Source: an uncultured bacterium
GTDB taxonomy: Bacteria; AUK180
Direction of reading: 5' to 3'
NCBI GenBank assembly: GCA_937863565.1
Contig: CALMGJ010000010.1
Coordinates: 3,431-67,430 of the forward strand
DNA: 64,000 nucleotides
Made by a program: the position numbers and the translations under genes. Shown here piece after piece: positions 47,745 to 57,077 of the stretch. The notes below the pieces were generated by a model. The model did not search any database. It was not told the origin of the DNA and saw only the letters and a program-made list of their open reading frames with translations. The first letter of the stretch is position 1. Each line of letters opens with the position of its first letter.

Positions 47745-49238
47745 TTATTTTTTCTTGCCTTTTTTCAAAGTGTTCTTCGCGGCAGGCTTCTTAGCCGTTT
47801 TGCCCGGCGCCTTTTTTACAGGCACTTTGGCCGGTTTTCTTGTCGGCACCTGTTTCTTTACAGGTTTCTTAGCCGCTTTGACAGGAGTCTTTTTTACAGG
47901 CACTTTTACCGATTTTTTAGTCGCCGTCTGTTTCTTAACAGGCTTCTTGCCAACCTCTCCCGCTGCTTTTTCCGGAGCCTTAGAAGCTCTATCTGTTTTT
48001 TTCGTTTTTACCGGAACGGGTTTCACTTCTTTGATTTGAGGAGTCGTCCTTTTAACCAGGGAGATCGCCTCAACGGGACAGACGCCTACGCAGAATCCGC
48101 AACCGACACATTTTTCTTCATCTATCACTATCTTCCCGTCCTTGAGGGTGATCGCTCGATGGCCTCCGTCATGACAGGCGATATAACATTTATTGCAGAG
48201 TATGCACTTTGTTTCGTCCACCGAAGATACCGGCGCCTGACCGATCTTATACGGGATTCTGTCATGGTCTACTATATAAGGCAGAGCTTTGCCTATGACC
48301 GCTTTCACATTAGGGAGTTTTTTTGATTCAAGGTATTCGGCCAGGCCGTCCGTCAGGGAATCGATGATCCGGAATCCGTTATGCATGGCCTCTGTGCCGA
48401 TCTGAACTCCGCTTGCCCCTGCAAGCATGAATTCGATGGCATCGCGGTAGTCCGATACTCCGCCGACACCGAAAACGGGGATCTTCACGTTCTTTGCTAT
48501 GCTTGAGATATTCTTTAAAGTGATCGGTTTTACGGAAGGGCCTGTTATACCGGCATAACACCCGTATCCGTTCACGGTAGGAACAGGCCTCTGAGAAGCG
48601 ATATCGATGCCCAAAAGACCTATTACGGAGTTGGTAATGACAACCGCATCGCCGCCGCCGTCCTTTACCGCCTGTGCGATCTCGAGTATATCGGTTACAT
48701 GCGGCGTGAGTTTGATGAGAACGGGAATGTCCTTAGCGCCTTCTTTGACCCATGCTGTTACTTTCTTCGTAGCTTCTTTGGATTGAGCGAGGGTCTTTCC
48801 GGGGTCTTCACCCATATTGCCCTGGGGGCAGGAGAAAGAGCATTCGATCATATCTGCCCCTGCTTTCATAAGGTCTCTTGCCAGGGTTGTCCAGTCCTTC
48901 CTGTTCTCCGCCATAATGCTGGGGATGATGACCTTATTTGGGAATTTATCCTTGATCTTGCTTACGGTTTTCTCTACGGTAGAGAACGGAACTTCCGATA
49001 TGAGGTCGATATTCCCGAGCGTGACCATCCTTCTGTTGCCGAACGCGATCGCCTGCATCATCGGATATTTCAAGGCCACTATCTTACCGTCCACGGCGGT
49101 CGTTTTCAATGCGGCTCCCGCCCATCCCAGCCTCAAAGCATCAACGACCATTTCAATCTCGTCCGTACATGGAGTAGCCGCTAGTACGAAGGGATTCTCG
49201 AATTTTACGCCTAATATTTCAAGGGATAGATTTTCCAT
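47745..49238 (-). CDS. preA: Dihydropyrimidine dehydrogenase PreA-like subunit with a Lys-rich C-terminal tail
   Basis: ENPFVLA, NIDLIS, FSCPQ, KLTPHVTDI, ITNS; 2x[4Fe-4S] (CILCNKCYIACHDGGH, CVGCGFCVGVCP); ~100-aa K/P/A/V tail. Confidence 0.8.
   Translation of the reverse strand: MENLSLEILGVKFENPFVLAATPCTDEIEMVVDALRLGWAGAALKTTAVDGKIVALKYPMMQAIAFGNRRMVTLGNIDLISEVPFSTVEKTVSKIKDKFPNKVIIPSIMAENRKDWTTLARDLMKAGADMIECSFSCPQGNMGEDPGKTLAQSKEATKKVTAWVKEGAKDIPVLIKLTPHVTDILEIAQAVKDGGGDAVVITNSVIGLLGIDIASQRPVPTVNGYGCYAGITGPSVKPITLKNISSIAKNVKIPVFGVGGVSDYRDAIEFMLAGASGVQIGTEAMHNGFRIIDSLTDGLAEYLESKKLPNVKAVIGKALPYIVDHDRIPYKIGQAPVSSVDETKCILCNKCYIACHDGGHRAITLKDGKIVIDEEKCVGCGFCVGVCPVEAISLVKRTTPQIKEVKPVPVKTKKTDRASKAPEKAAGEVGKKPVKKQTATKKSVKVPVKKTPVKAAKKPVKKQVPTRKPAKVPVKKAPGKTAKKPAAKNTLKKGKKK
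47780..47950 (-). repeat. Tandem 78-bp (26-aa) repeat in the PreA basic tail
   Basis: KKPVKKQTATKKSVKVPVKKTPVKAA / KKPVKKQVPTRKPAKVPVKKAPGKTA / KKP. Boundaries approximate. Confidence 0.75.
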
Positions 49239-49249
49239 AAAGGTCTCCT

Positions 49250-50512
49250 TTAGAACTCTTCCGAGATGATCTGGGCGATCTCTTTTGCGATCTTAACGCA
49301 CTCGACCACGGACCCGCCTCCGGTCACCATGTCACCGGCCAGAAAAACATTGTCCAGAGAGGTCTGATAGTCGTCCCCGATCTGCACTATACTTCTATTT
49401 TTATCCATTGCGATGTTCGTTTTCTTGAAGATGGCCAGATTCTGTTCATAACCGATAGCGAAAACGACGGCATTGCATTTAACCTTGAATTGTGTTCCGC
49501 TCATCGGCTGGGCGACGAGTTTGCCGGTTTTTCCGGGAACGACCGTATTCTCGATGAAGTCAATGAAAAGCTCGCCGTCATTATTGCGGTTGACTTTTAA
49601 AGGAGACGAAAGGTAGTTGAACGAAATGCCTTTTTTATGAGCGAAATCCATCTCGCTCGGCGAAGCCGGCATTTCATGGATGCTCCTTCTGTAATATATG
49701 CTGACCTTCTTGGCAACATCAAGGGCGGCTACTGCACAATCCATGGCGACATCGCCGCCTCCTATTATCACCACATGGTTTCCCAGAGGCTTCATCGCCT
49801 TCTTGCGGGTATGCTTCAAAAAGTCGTCGGCGGTGAAAACGTTCTGATGTCTGCTGCCTTCTATTCCTCCCTGTTTGGACATGAGGCCGCCTGCGATTAT
49901 TACGGCATAGTATTCCCTGAGGAGTTTCTTCAGTTCCAGGTCCTTTCCGAAAACGGAATTGTACGAGATAGTGATGCCGTGGGAAAGGATCCTCGAAAAG
50001 TCCAGTTCTTTGGCTTCATTGCTGAGCCTCCAGAGCGGAAGAGTGGAGTTTAAAACGCCGCCGATGTGTTTCTCTTTCTCGAAGATCTTTACCTTGACGC
50101 CTTTCTGGGCAAGGAATTCTGCAGCTGCCAAACCCGCAGGCCCCGCCCCGATCACCGCAACTTTCTTCTTCGTATTATTTCCCGACTTCAGTTTTGCCAG
50201 GTCCTTTGCGTATGCGCAGGCATATCTTTGGATCATCGGAATATTCACGGGCTTCCCGATCTTGCTCTGGACGCATTTTCCCATGCAGAGCGTTTCAGCA
50301 GGGCAGATCTCGCCGCAGATAGCGCCGAGCGGATTGTCTCGATATATGATCCTGGCCGCCCTTGTATTATTCTTTTCCCGGACGGCTTTAATGAATTCCG
50401 GAATATCTATACCCGCAGGACATCCTTTAATGCAGGGGGCATCATAGCAATAAAGGCATCGGTTGGCTTCTAATGAAACATTAACGAACTCTTTTTCAGC
50501 TAAACTCAGCAT
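49250..50512 (-). CDS. preT: Dihydropyrimidine dehydrogenase PreT-like (GltD-family) subunit
   Basis: EANRCLYCYDAPCIKGCP, CGEICPAETLC, IGAGPAG, IGGGDVAMDC, YRRS, AGD; directly upstream of preA. Confidence 0.8.
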   Translation of the reverse strand: MLSLAEKEFVNVSLEANRCLYCYDAPCIKGCPAGIDIPEFIKAVREKNNTRAARIIYRDNPLGAICGEICPAETLCMGKCVQSKIGKPVNIPMIQRYACAYAKDLAKLKSGNNTKKKVAVIGAGPAGLAAAEFLAQKGVKVKIFEKEKHIGGVLNSTLPLWRLSNEAKELDFSRILSHGITISYNSVFGKDLELKKLLREYYAVIIAGGLMSKQGGIEGSRHQNVFTADDFLKHTRKKAMKPLGNHVVIIGGGDVAMDCAVAALDVAKKVSIYYRRSIHEMPASPSEMDFAHKKGISFNYLSSPLKVNRNNDGELFIDFIENTVVPGKTGKLVAQPMSGTQFKVKCNAVVFAIGYEQNLAIFKKTNIAMDKNRSIVQIGDDYQTSLDNVFLAGDMVTGGGSVVECVKIAKEIAQIISEEF

Positions 50513-50589
50513 TTTTGACTCCTTTTAAGGACCGTCGTTTTCATTTTTTTATAATTTATTGTAAAATAAGAAAAAAATCAAGAGAAAAA

Positions 50590-52011
50590 ATGAAAATTCT
50601 CGAGGAACGGAAGAACTTATACCGGATCGAACGCTCCGGGGGCATGAGAACGGATGCCTATTTCGTTGCTAATGAGCGTATCTACGAGAAGATCTTTTCC
50701 GATGATGCCCTGAAGCAGCTCGTGAATGTAGCGCACCTTCCTTCCCTTGCCGCTCCGCCTGCCGCAATGCCGGACATACATTTCGGATACGGATTCCCGA
50801 TCGGAGGCGTTGCCGCATTCGATGCGGAGGAAGGTCTCATCTCTCCCGGCGGGGTCGGTTATGACATCAACTGCGGAGTAAGGCTTATCCTTACCGATAT
50901 TGAGGCCGGCGATGCGATCCCCGGAATGCAGAAGATCATAAATGACATCTTTAAAGCCGTTCCGTGCGGTGTGGGGAGCAGAGGGAAAATAAAAGCAGGA
51001 CAAAAGGAATTCGAACACCTGCTGAGAAACGGCGTAAAATGGGCTCTTGACAACGGATATGCGGAGCAGAGCGATCCGGAAAAGATCGAGGACGGAGGCT
51101 GTCTGGAAACGGATATAGACACCGAGTATTCGAAAAGATCGTATGAGAGGGGATTTGACGAAATAGGTACTCTGGGCGCAGGAAATCACTTCATTGAATT
51201 GCAAAAGGTCTGCGAGATTTACGATTCCGTGCATGCGGGGGAGTTCGGATTGAAAACCGGTCTTTTAGCTTTCATGATACACTCGGGATCCCGCGGATTC
51301 GGATACCAGATCTGCGAAGAGACGATCAAAGAATTGAACAGGGTTTCAGGAAAATTCGGCATTGATTATCCTGACCGGCAGCTCATAGCAGCTCCCATAA
51401 AAAGCCCTGAAGGAAGGAAATACCTTTCTCTCATGAACATGGCCGCAAATTACGCTTACGTAAACAGGCAGGTTATAGACCATTTGACGCGCCGGGTCAT
51501 CCGGGAATATTTTCCTTCCGCAGGGATCAGTCTCTTCTGTGATATCTGCCATAATATCGCTAAATTCGAAAACCTGGATATTAAAGGAGAAAAAAGGGCG
51601 GTTCTTATCCACAGGAAGGGAGCTACAAGAGCTTTGGGACCGGGGAACGAACTTCTAAAAGGCATTTATTCAAAAACGGGACAACCCGTCCTGATCCCGG
51701 GCGATTTTGCGGCAGGGTCCTTCGTAATGCTCGGGACTAAAGAGGCGGAAGAGCTCACGTACTCATCCTCCTGCCATGGCGCGGGCAGGCTCTATTCGAG
51801 GAAAGAGGCTCTTCGGACGGGAGACCTGAACAAGCTTCTCGCCGAACTTGCCGGAAAGAATATTGCCGCTGTTGCCAGATCGAAACGCACTCTTCTTGAG
51901 GAAAGGCCGGGGATGTACAAGAACATCGACGATATAGCGGATTCAGTGGAGGGTTGCGGGATATGCACGCCGCTCGCCAGACTGAGACCGCTGGGGGTGG
52001 TAAAGGGATGA
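50590..52011 (+). CDS. rtcB: RNA-splicing/repair ligase RtcB
   Basis: MPDIHFGYGFPIG, GYDINCG, GTLGAGNHF, HSGSRG, HNIAK, HRKGATRA, SSCHGAGR, KG C-terminus; start at ATG 50590. Confidence 0.95.
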   Translation: MKILEERKNLYRIERSGGMRTDAYFVANERIYEKIFSDDALKQLVNVAHLPSLAAPPAAMPDIHFGYGFPIGGVAAFDAEEGLISPGGVGYDINCGVRLILTDIEAGDAIPGMQKIINDIFKAVPCGVGSRGKIKAGQKEFEHLLRNGVKWALDNGYAEQSDPEKIEDGGCLETDIDTEYSKRSYERGFDEIGTLGAGNHFIELQKVCEIYDSVHAGEFGLKTGLLAFMIHSGSRGFGYQICEETIKELNRVSGKFGIDYPDRQLIAAPIKSPEGRKYLSLMNMAANYAYVNRQVIDHLTRRVIREYFPSAGISLFCDICHNIAKFENLDIKGEKRAVLIHRKGATRALGPGNELLKGIYSKTGQPVLIPGDFAAGSFVMLGTKEAEELTYSSSCHGAGRLYSRKEALRTGDLNKLLAELAGKNIAAVARSKRTLLEERPGMYKNIDDIADSVEGCGICTPLARLRPLGVVKG

Positions 52012-54362
52012 TCCTTATCGTGACCCATGATAATGCCGATTTCGATGCCATAGCCTCGAGTTTTCTTTTATCCAAAATCTTCAAGAATGCTAAAATACTG
52101 AGACCCTCCGGAATGGAATACGAAGTTGAGGTCTTCCTGAAAAGAAGTTCTCTCAACATACCTTTTACAGACATGCCTGGGGGGCCGGTCAGGGAAGTGA
52201 TATTCTCCGATTGCGGAAGGAACGAGCATCTGCTCCGTTCAATGAAAGAGGGAAAACCTCATATTACAGTGCTTGATCATCATGCCGCGCCCGCGTACGG
52301 CAGCAATGTTTCATTAGTTTATCATAAATATGCCGAGAGGATAGGCCGCATCAACTGCGAAGAAGCCCTTCTTTTTCTTTTAGGTATCTACCAGGATACG
52401 GGAGGCCTTACATATCATTCCACTAAGGAAGCCGATTTCAAAGCAAGCAGTTTCTTCATCAAGTTCGAACCGCGGATCGAGCAGATCCCGCAATATATCA
52501 AATACTTCGATATAACGGATAAAAATCTCGCCATTCTATCCGATATCATTGAAAGAGGCGTCATGCTCGGCCCTCCGGCCTGCCCTATTATGGTCTCGGC
52601 ATATCCGGCCGTAAAATATTACAGCGGATATTCGGCGCTTCTCAATCACATTCTCAATATTAAAAACATCAAGGCTCTTTTCACGCTTTTCATTTTCAGA
52701 AAGAAGATCATCTTAAGTGCGCGCAGTTCCACGGAAAAGATAAATGTGAATGCGATCCTGAACGAGCTTAAAAAGGGCAAAGGGCACATATTGGCCAGTT
52801 CCAGGGCATTTAAAGGCATCAGTCCTCATGAATTGGAAAGAAAACTCAAGAAAACGCTCACCGAATATATTTTCCGCAATAAAGTGAAGTTCTTTCTCGA
52901 TCTTAGCGGGAAGAACAGGAAGGAATATGCGTCCGTATCCGGGATGACGCTCTGGGATTTCTTTGAGGAAACGATCAAAAATGGAGAAAAATCCGAAGAA
53001 AAATACGGGTCTTTGGCGGAATATCTCATTCCCGAGGGATTCCGGAGATCACCGCTTCTTCCCGCTAATGAGCTGAAAAAATACCGGGATGCCCTTCATC
53101 TGAAAAAGCATCTGTTCCGCGCCCTTCCCCAGAATGTGAAACGCATCCTCTTCGAGATCAAGAAACTTTCAGGGAAAAGGCCAGAACGCCTGTACATAGT
53201 AGGCGGTGTCGTGAGGGATATAGTCCTGGCCTTTTTCGCAAAGGAAAGATGCCCGGAATTTCATGAAATAGACATCCTTGTAGAACACGGGAATGCCATC
53301 TCTTTCGCTTCCGCTCTGAAGAAGGTCTTTCCCGCGGCGAAGTTCCATATCTATGAAAGTTTCAATACGGCAACCTTGAAATTCCCGGATTTTTCCCTTG
53401 ATTTCGCTACGGCAAGAAAGGAATTTTATAGTGCCGGCGGGGCGCTTCCCAAAGTGGAGAAAGCGGATCTGGGCAGCGACCTTTCAAGAAGGGATTTCAC
53501 CGTTAGCGCAATGGCTATCGGGCTCAATCGCGACGACTACGGCTCTCTTTATGATTATTTCGGCGGCCAGAGGGATATCCGCTTAAGGAAGCTCCGCATA
53601 CTCCACGCCAAATCGTTCTTTGACGATCCTACACGGATGCTCCGTTTGATAAGGTTCAAGAATACGCTCGATTTCACTGTGGAAAAGAACACGCAACACC
53701 TGCTTGATGCCACGATGAATTTCGGCATTACGGAATTCATAAAGGGTTTCCGGCTTACCAGGGAACTGAGGCTTCTTCTGAACTGCAAAGACCCCATCCG
53801 CGCCGTGAACGATCTTTTCGCGTTCAATATGATGAGGGAACTCTTCGGAATTGATGAGATAGACTCAGACCTTATCAGGAACATAAATACGAATATAAAC
53901 TGGTTCTCAATACTCCATCCCGGCCTTTTAATAAGGAAAGACCTGATATTTCTAGGTTATTTCCTTAAGATCTCGCCTTTCTCGGATTTCAAGGATATCC
54001 TGCATTTCAATAAAAAGGACGGCGCGGTCATCGATGAGATCCTGAAAGTGAGGATACCGAAAAGTTTCACCGCGCGGACCAAATTCTCCACATACGAGAG
54101 GCATTTCGCGAAAGCTTTTCCTGAAACGCTCATCTTTCTGATGAGCATATTCGCAGAGGAACAGAGGGAGCGTTTCATAAAATACGTATTAAGAACGATA
54201 GAGTACAAACCGATCCTGGGAGGCGATGCGCTTTTGAGAGAAGGCGTGCAGGATATCCGCATCGGCGCAGTCATGGATGCGGTTAAGGGCGCATTTCTGG
54301 ACGGGACAGTGAAAAATGAGAAAGAGGCTCTTCTTTTCGTCAGAAAACTAAGGGAACGATGA
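52008..54362 (+). CDS. DHH phosphoesterase fused to a class II tRNA nucleotidyltransferase (CCA/A-adding family)
   Basis: THDNADFD, VLDHH, QDTGG (DHH); VGGVVRD, EIDILV, ARKEFY, RRDFT, DDPTRMLR (NTase). ATG overlaps the rtcB TGA (ATGA). Confidence 0.85.
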   Translation: MILIVTHDNADFDAIASSFLLSKIFKNAKILRPSGMEYEVEVFLKRSSLNIPFTDMPGGPVREVIFSDCGRNEHLLRSMKEGKPHITVLDHHAAPAYGSNVSLVYHKYAERIGRINCEEALLFLLGIYQDTGGLTYHSTKEADFKASSFFIKFEPRIEQIPQYIKYFDITDKNLAILSDIIERGVMLGPPACPIMVSAYPAVKYYSGYSALLNHILNIKNIKALFTLFIFRKKIILSARSSTEKINVNAILNELKKGKGHILASSRAFKGISPHELERKLKKTLTEYIFRNKVKFFLDLSGKNRKEYASVSGMTLWDFFEETIKNGEKSEEKYGSLAEYLIPEGFRRSPLLPANELKKYRDALHLKKHLFRALPQNVKRILFEIKKLSGKRPERLYIVGGVVRDIVLAFFAKERCPEFHEIDILVEHGNAISFASALKKVFPAAKFHIYESFNTATLKFPDFSLDFATARKEFYSAGGALPKVEKADLGSDLSRRDFTVSAMAIGLNRDDYGSLYDYFGGQRDIRLRKLRILHAKSFFDDPTRMLRLIRFKNTLDFTVEKNTQHLLDATMNFGITEFIKGFRLTRELRLLLNCKDPIRAVNDLFAFNMMRELFGIDEIDSDLIRNINTNINWFSILHPGLLIRKDLIFLGYFLKISPFSDFKDILHFNKKDGAVIDEILKVRIPKSFTARTKFSTYERHFAKAFPETLIFLMSIFAEEQRERFIKYVLRTIEYKPILGGDALLREGVQDIRIGAVMDAVKGAFLDGTVKNEKEALLFVRKLRER

Positions 54363-55428
54363 GCTCCTGCCCGGGTTTTATCTTCCTGGGGTTCTGGATC
54401 GAGTTCACGCTGAGAAGTTTCTTGAAGTTCACGTTATAACGCCTGGCGATGCCGTAAACGGTATCGCCTTTTTGTATCTTCACCTTAAGGATCTTGCTGC
54501 TTTTCCCGTTCCTTTTCTTGAGAAGAGGCAGTCTTGATGCCGCCGCGGCGGGGATCCTCAGATAGTGGCATCCCTTCATGACCATGCCGGCGCGGTATTC
54601 CGGGTTGAGGTCCTGCAATACTTTCTTCTTTATCTTGAGACCCTCTGCGATATCCTCGAAAAGCCAAAGATCATAAAAAGGATGAAGAACGGTATCCTCC
54701 TCTTCTGCCTCGATGAATTCGTAATCGCCGAAAAGCTGGACCAGAGCTTTTATCTTCAGAAGGAAATCCCTCGTTTCACGGGGAAGATGAGCGTACATCT
54801 CTTCCGTTCCGAACATCTCAAGTGCCCTTTGAACGCCGTTCTCTCCGTAATTGTATGCAAGGACAACGAGTTGCCAGTCATTGAAGATAGCATAAAGCTT
54901 CTTTAGATAATTGATGGCGGCGAGAGTGGATTTTTCCAGATTGAAGCGTTCATCGCACCACCAGCTCACATAAAGGCCGCTCCTGCTCGCAGTGTGTTTC
55001 ATGAACTGCCATGTTCCCGAAGCGCCCTTCCTCGAGACGGCCCTGTCATTGAGGTAGCTTTCTATAAAAGCGAGAAAAGCGAATTCTTCGGGAATATCGT
55101 TCTCGCGGAGATGACGCATTAATTTACGCATTCTGCCCTGCCGCTCGAAAAGGAGCGAAACGATCTCGCGTCCGTATGCATTGTTGAGAAAATAATCCTT
55201 CCATTTTTTTACGCCCTCGGTCTCGAAATAGAACACGTAGAGTTCGGCATTGTCCAGGAAGAGTTTTAACGGCCTTTCGAATTCGAGGGATAATTCCTTT
55301 GGAGGGAGCATGAAACGGAATTCCGGATTAATAACGAACGCTTTCCTTGCAGAACAAGAGAGAAGAAAGCTACAAAGAAGGACCGATGGTATCCAGAGCG
55401 TTCTGTATCTTCTTGAGAAAATCTTCAT
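54340..55428 (-). CDS. MltD-like lytic transglycosylase lipoprotein with C-terminal LysM
   Basis: Lipobox LLSC; FIESY, AVSRKGASGTWQFM, LAYNYGE, LPRETR; LysM GDTVYGIARRY...IKPGQEL. Start uncertain (55428 or 55449). Confidence 0.85.
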   Translation of the reverse strand: MKIFSRRYRTLWIPSVLLCSFLLSCSARKAFVINPEFRFMLPPKELSLEFERPLKLFLDNAELYVFYFETEGVKKWKDYFLNNAYGREIVSLLFERQGRMRKLMRHLRENDIPEEFAFLAFIESYLNDRAVSRKGASGTWQFMKHTASRSGLYVSWWCDERFNLEKSTLAAINYLKKLYAIFNDWQLVVLAYNYGENGVQRALEMFGTEEMYAHLPRETRDFLLKIKALVQLFGDYEFIEAEEEDTVLHPFYDLWLFEDIAEGLKIKKKVLQDLNPEYRAGMVMKGCHYLRIPAAAASRLPLLKKRNGKSSKILKVKIQKGDTVYGIARRYNVNFKKLLSVNSIQNPRKIKPGQELIVPLVF

Positions 55429-56191
55429 TCCGCGTATACCTTTTCGCAATCTCGAGCTCTTCCTTTGCTTTTTTTACGTCAGCGCGATTAAGATTGTACA
55501 GGGATAATCCCGCTATATAATGCGCGAGCGCGAAAAGAGATGAGTTCCGGTCCTCCTTAGGGATGAGCTCGAGAGCGATCCTCTCATTGTAGATGGCCTC
55601 TTCGAATTTCCCTAGTTTCGACTGGGCCATGCCGAGGTTAACATAGAGATTGTATTTATTCTTGATCTTGTCGCTGTCAAGAAGCCTGTTCAGGATGCGC
55701 TCGGCTTCTTCAAGATCGGCGCCGTCATAGGGTCTTTTGGCAGTGTCGGCCGCTTCGATATACAAAGAGGCCACATTGAATTCGATGAAATCCCCGTTGT
55801 CCGGGTATTTTTTCATCGTCTCCTCGTATATCTTCTGTGCGGCTTCATAATCGCCTTTCAGATAATGTGTATATCCCCACAGAAGATACGAGTTCATCGT
55901 GTTCTTTTTCCTTCTCTCCGTCTTTTTAAAAAGTTCTATCGCCTTATCGTATTTGCCCGAAGCAAGAATGATATGGATCAATGCCACGAAAGCTGATTCG
56001 CTGAAACGGTCTTCCAAATGCCGCTCAAGGACGTTCTCGGCCCTGTCGGGGGTGCCTTCGCTCTGCAATTTTGCCGCTTCCTTGAAAACGGTTTCCCGGC
56101 TCTTGGACATATATGTACGGCGCGCATAATAAACGAATGCCGCACAGAGAGCGGCAAGAAGGAAAATGATTATCACTGTTCCTATGTTCAT
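55370..56191 (-). CDS. Membrane-anchored TPR protein
   Basis: N-terminal TM helix; TPRs (LWGYTHYLKGDYEAA, VNLGMAQSKLGKFEEA). Confidence 0.8.
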   Translation of the reverse strand: MNIGTVIIIFLLAALCAAFVYYARRTYMSKSRETVFKEAAKLQSEGTPDRAENVLERHLEDRFSESAFVALIHIILASGKYDKAIELFKKTERRKKNTMNSYLLWGYTHYLKGDYEAAQKIYEETMKKYPDNGDFIEFNVASLYIEAADTAKRPYDGADLEEAERILNRLLDSDKIKNKYNLYVNLGMAQSKLGKFEEAIYNERIALELIPKEDRNSSLFALAHYIAGLSLYNLNRADVKKAKEELEIAKRYTRNEDFLKKIQNALDTIGPSL

Positions 56192-56283
56192 AGGGGTATT
56201 CTATCAAAATAACACGATAAATACAAATTTCATTTCACGAAAAGGGAACATTGCAATCCCGGCAAAAAACAGTATAGTCATAC

Positions 56284-57008
56284 ATGCCCGTAAGAAGGAA
56301 AGCTCCGGGTGTAAAAAGACCGGATATCATAAACTCGACCAGCTGCCTGAACCTTCTTCTGCGCGCATTGTACGGCAGAGCGGAGGTGTATCAGCATATC
56401 GGCAGGAACTCGCGGAAAATATGCACGAAGATGCGGTGGAACTGGCGAGGATAATAGGCAATCCAAGAGGAGAATCTTCTGCACTGATAAATCTCGCATC
56501 ACTATATAAAAAGGCGGGGAAGCTTAAAGAATCATCGAAGAAAGTCCTTTCGGCCCTTGCTATCTGCAGGCAATTCGGGTTCAGGGACACCGAATCCGCA
56601 TGCCTCATCAATACCGGGAACATTTATATGCATTCGGCTCGCGTAAAGGATGCCGTTTCTTACATGTGCGCAGCCCTGAGTATTAAGATCAAGCTCGGAG
56701 ACAGAAAAGGCCAGGCTCAATGCCTGAAGAACATTGCGATCTTCGAAGGGGGGTTGAACGATCATGAGGCCTGCCGCGAGCATTTCCTGGAAACCGTAAA
56801 GATCAGGAGTGAATTAAACGACCACAAGGGCCGTGCCGACTGCCTGATCGCTGCTGCCGAGAATGAATTGAACCGGAGCAGGATGCACGATGCCGAGGCT
56901 CTGATCGGAGAAGCCGAAACGGTCAATCCTCTGATCCCCGACGGGAATATCCGCGATAATAATGCTGCGCTCATGGCCGCCCTGAGGAAAAAAATCAGAG
57001 GGGATTGA
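56284..57008 (+). pseudogene. TPR (MalT-like) gene, apparently frameshifted near 56400-56410
   Basis: ATG 56284 frame gives ...RALYGRAEVYQHIG; the TPR continues in another frame as ELAENMHEDAVELARIIGNPRGESSALINLASLY. Promoter TTGCAA-N16-TATAGT-N5-ATG. Confidence 0.55.
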
Positions 57009-57026
57009 ACCGCGCGCCCGCCCCTC

Positions 57027-57054
57027 TTGAAAAAAAGCGAAAAAAACTTATAAT
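57027..57054 (+). promoter_or_regulatory. sigma70 promoter
   Basis: TTGAAA-N16-TATAAT. Confidence 0.65.
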
Positions 57055-57077
57055 AAAAAAATGATTAGGAGCGCAAG

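Noticed and set aside
47706-48326. Phe/Arg-rich repetitive 206-aa ORF
   Set aside because: It is the antisense reflection of the Lys-rich PreA tail.
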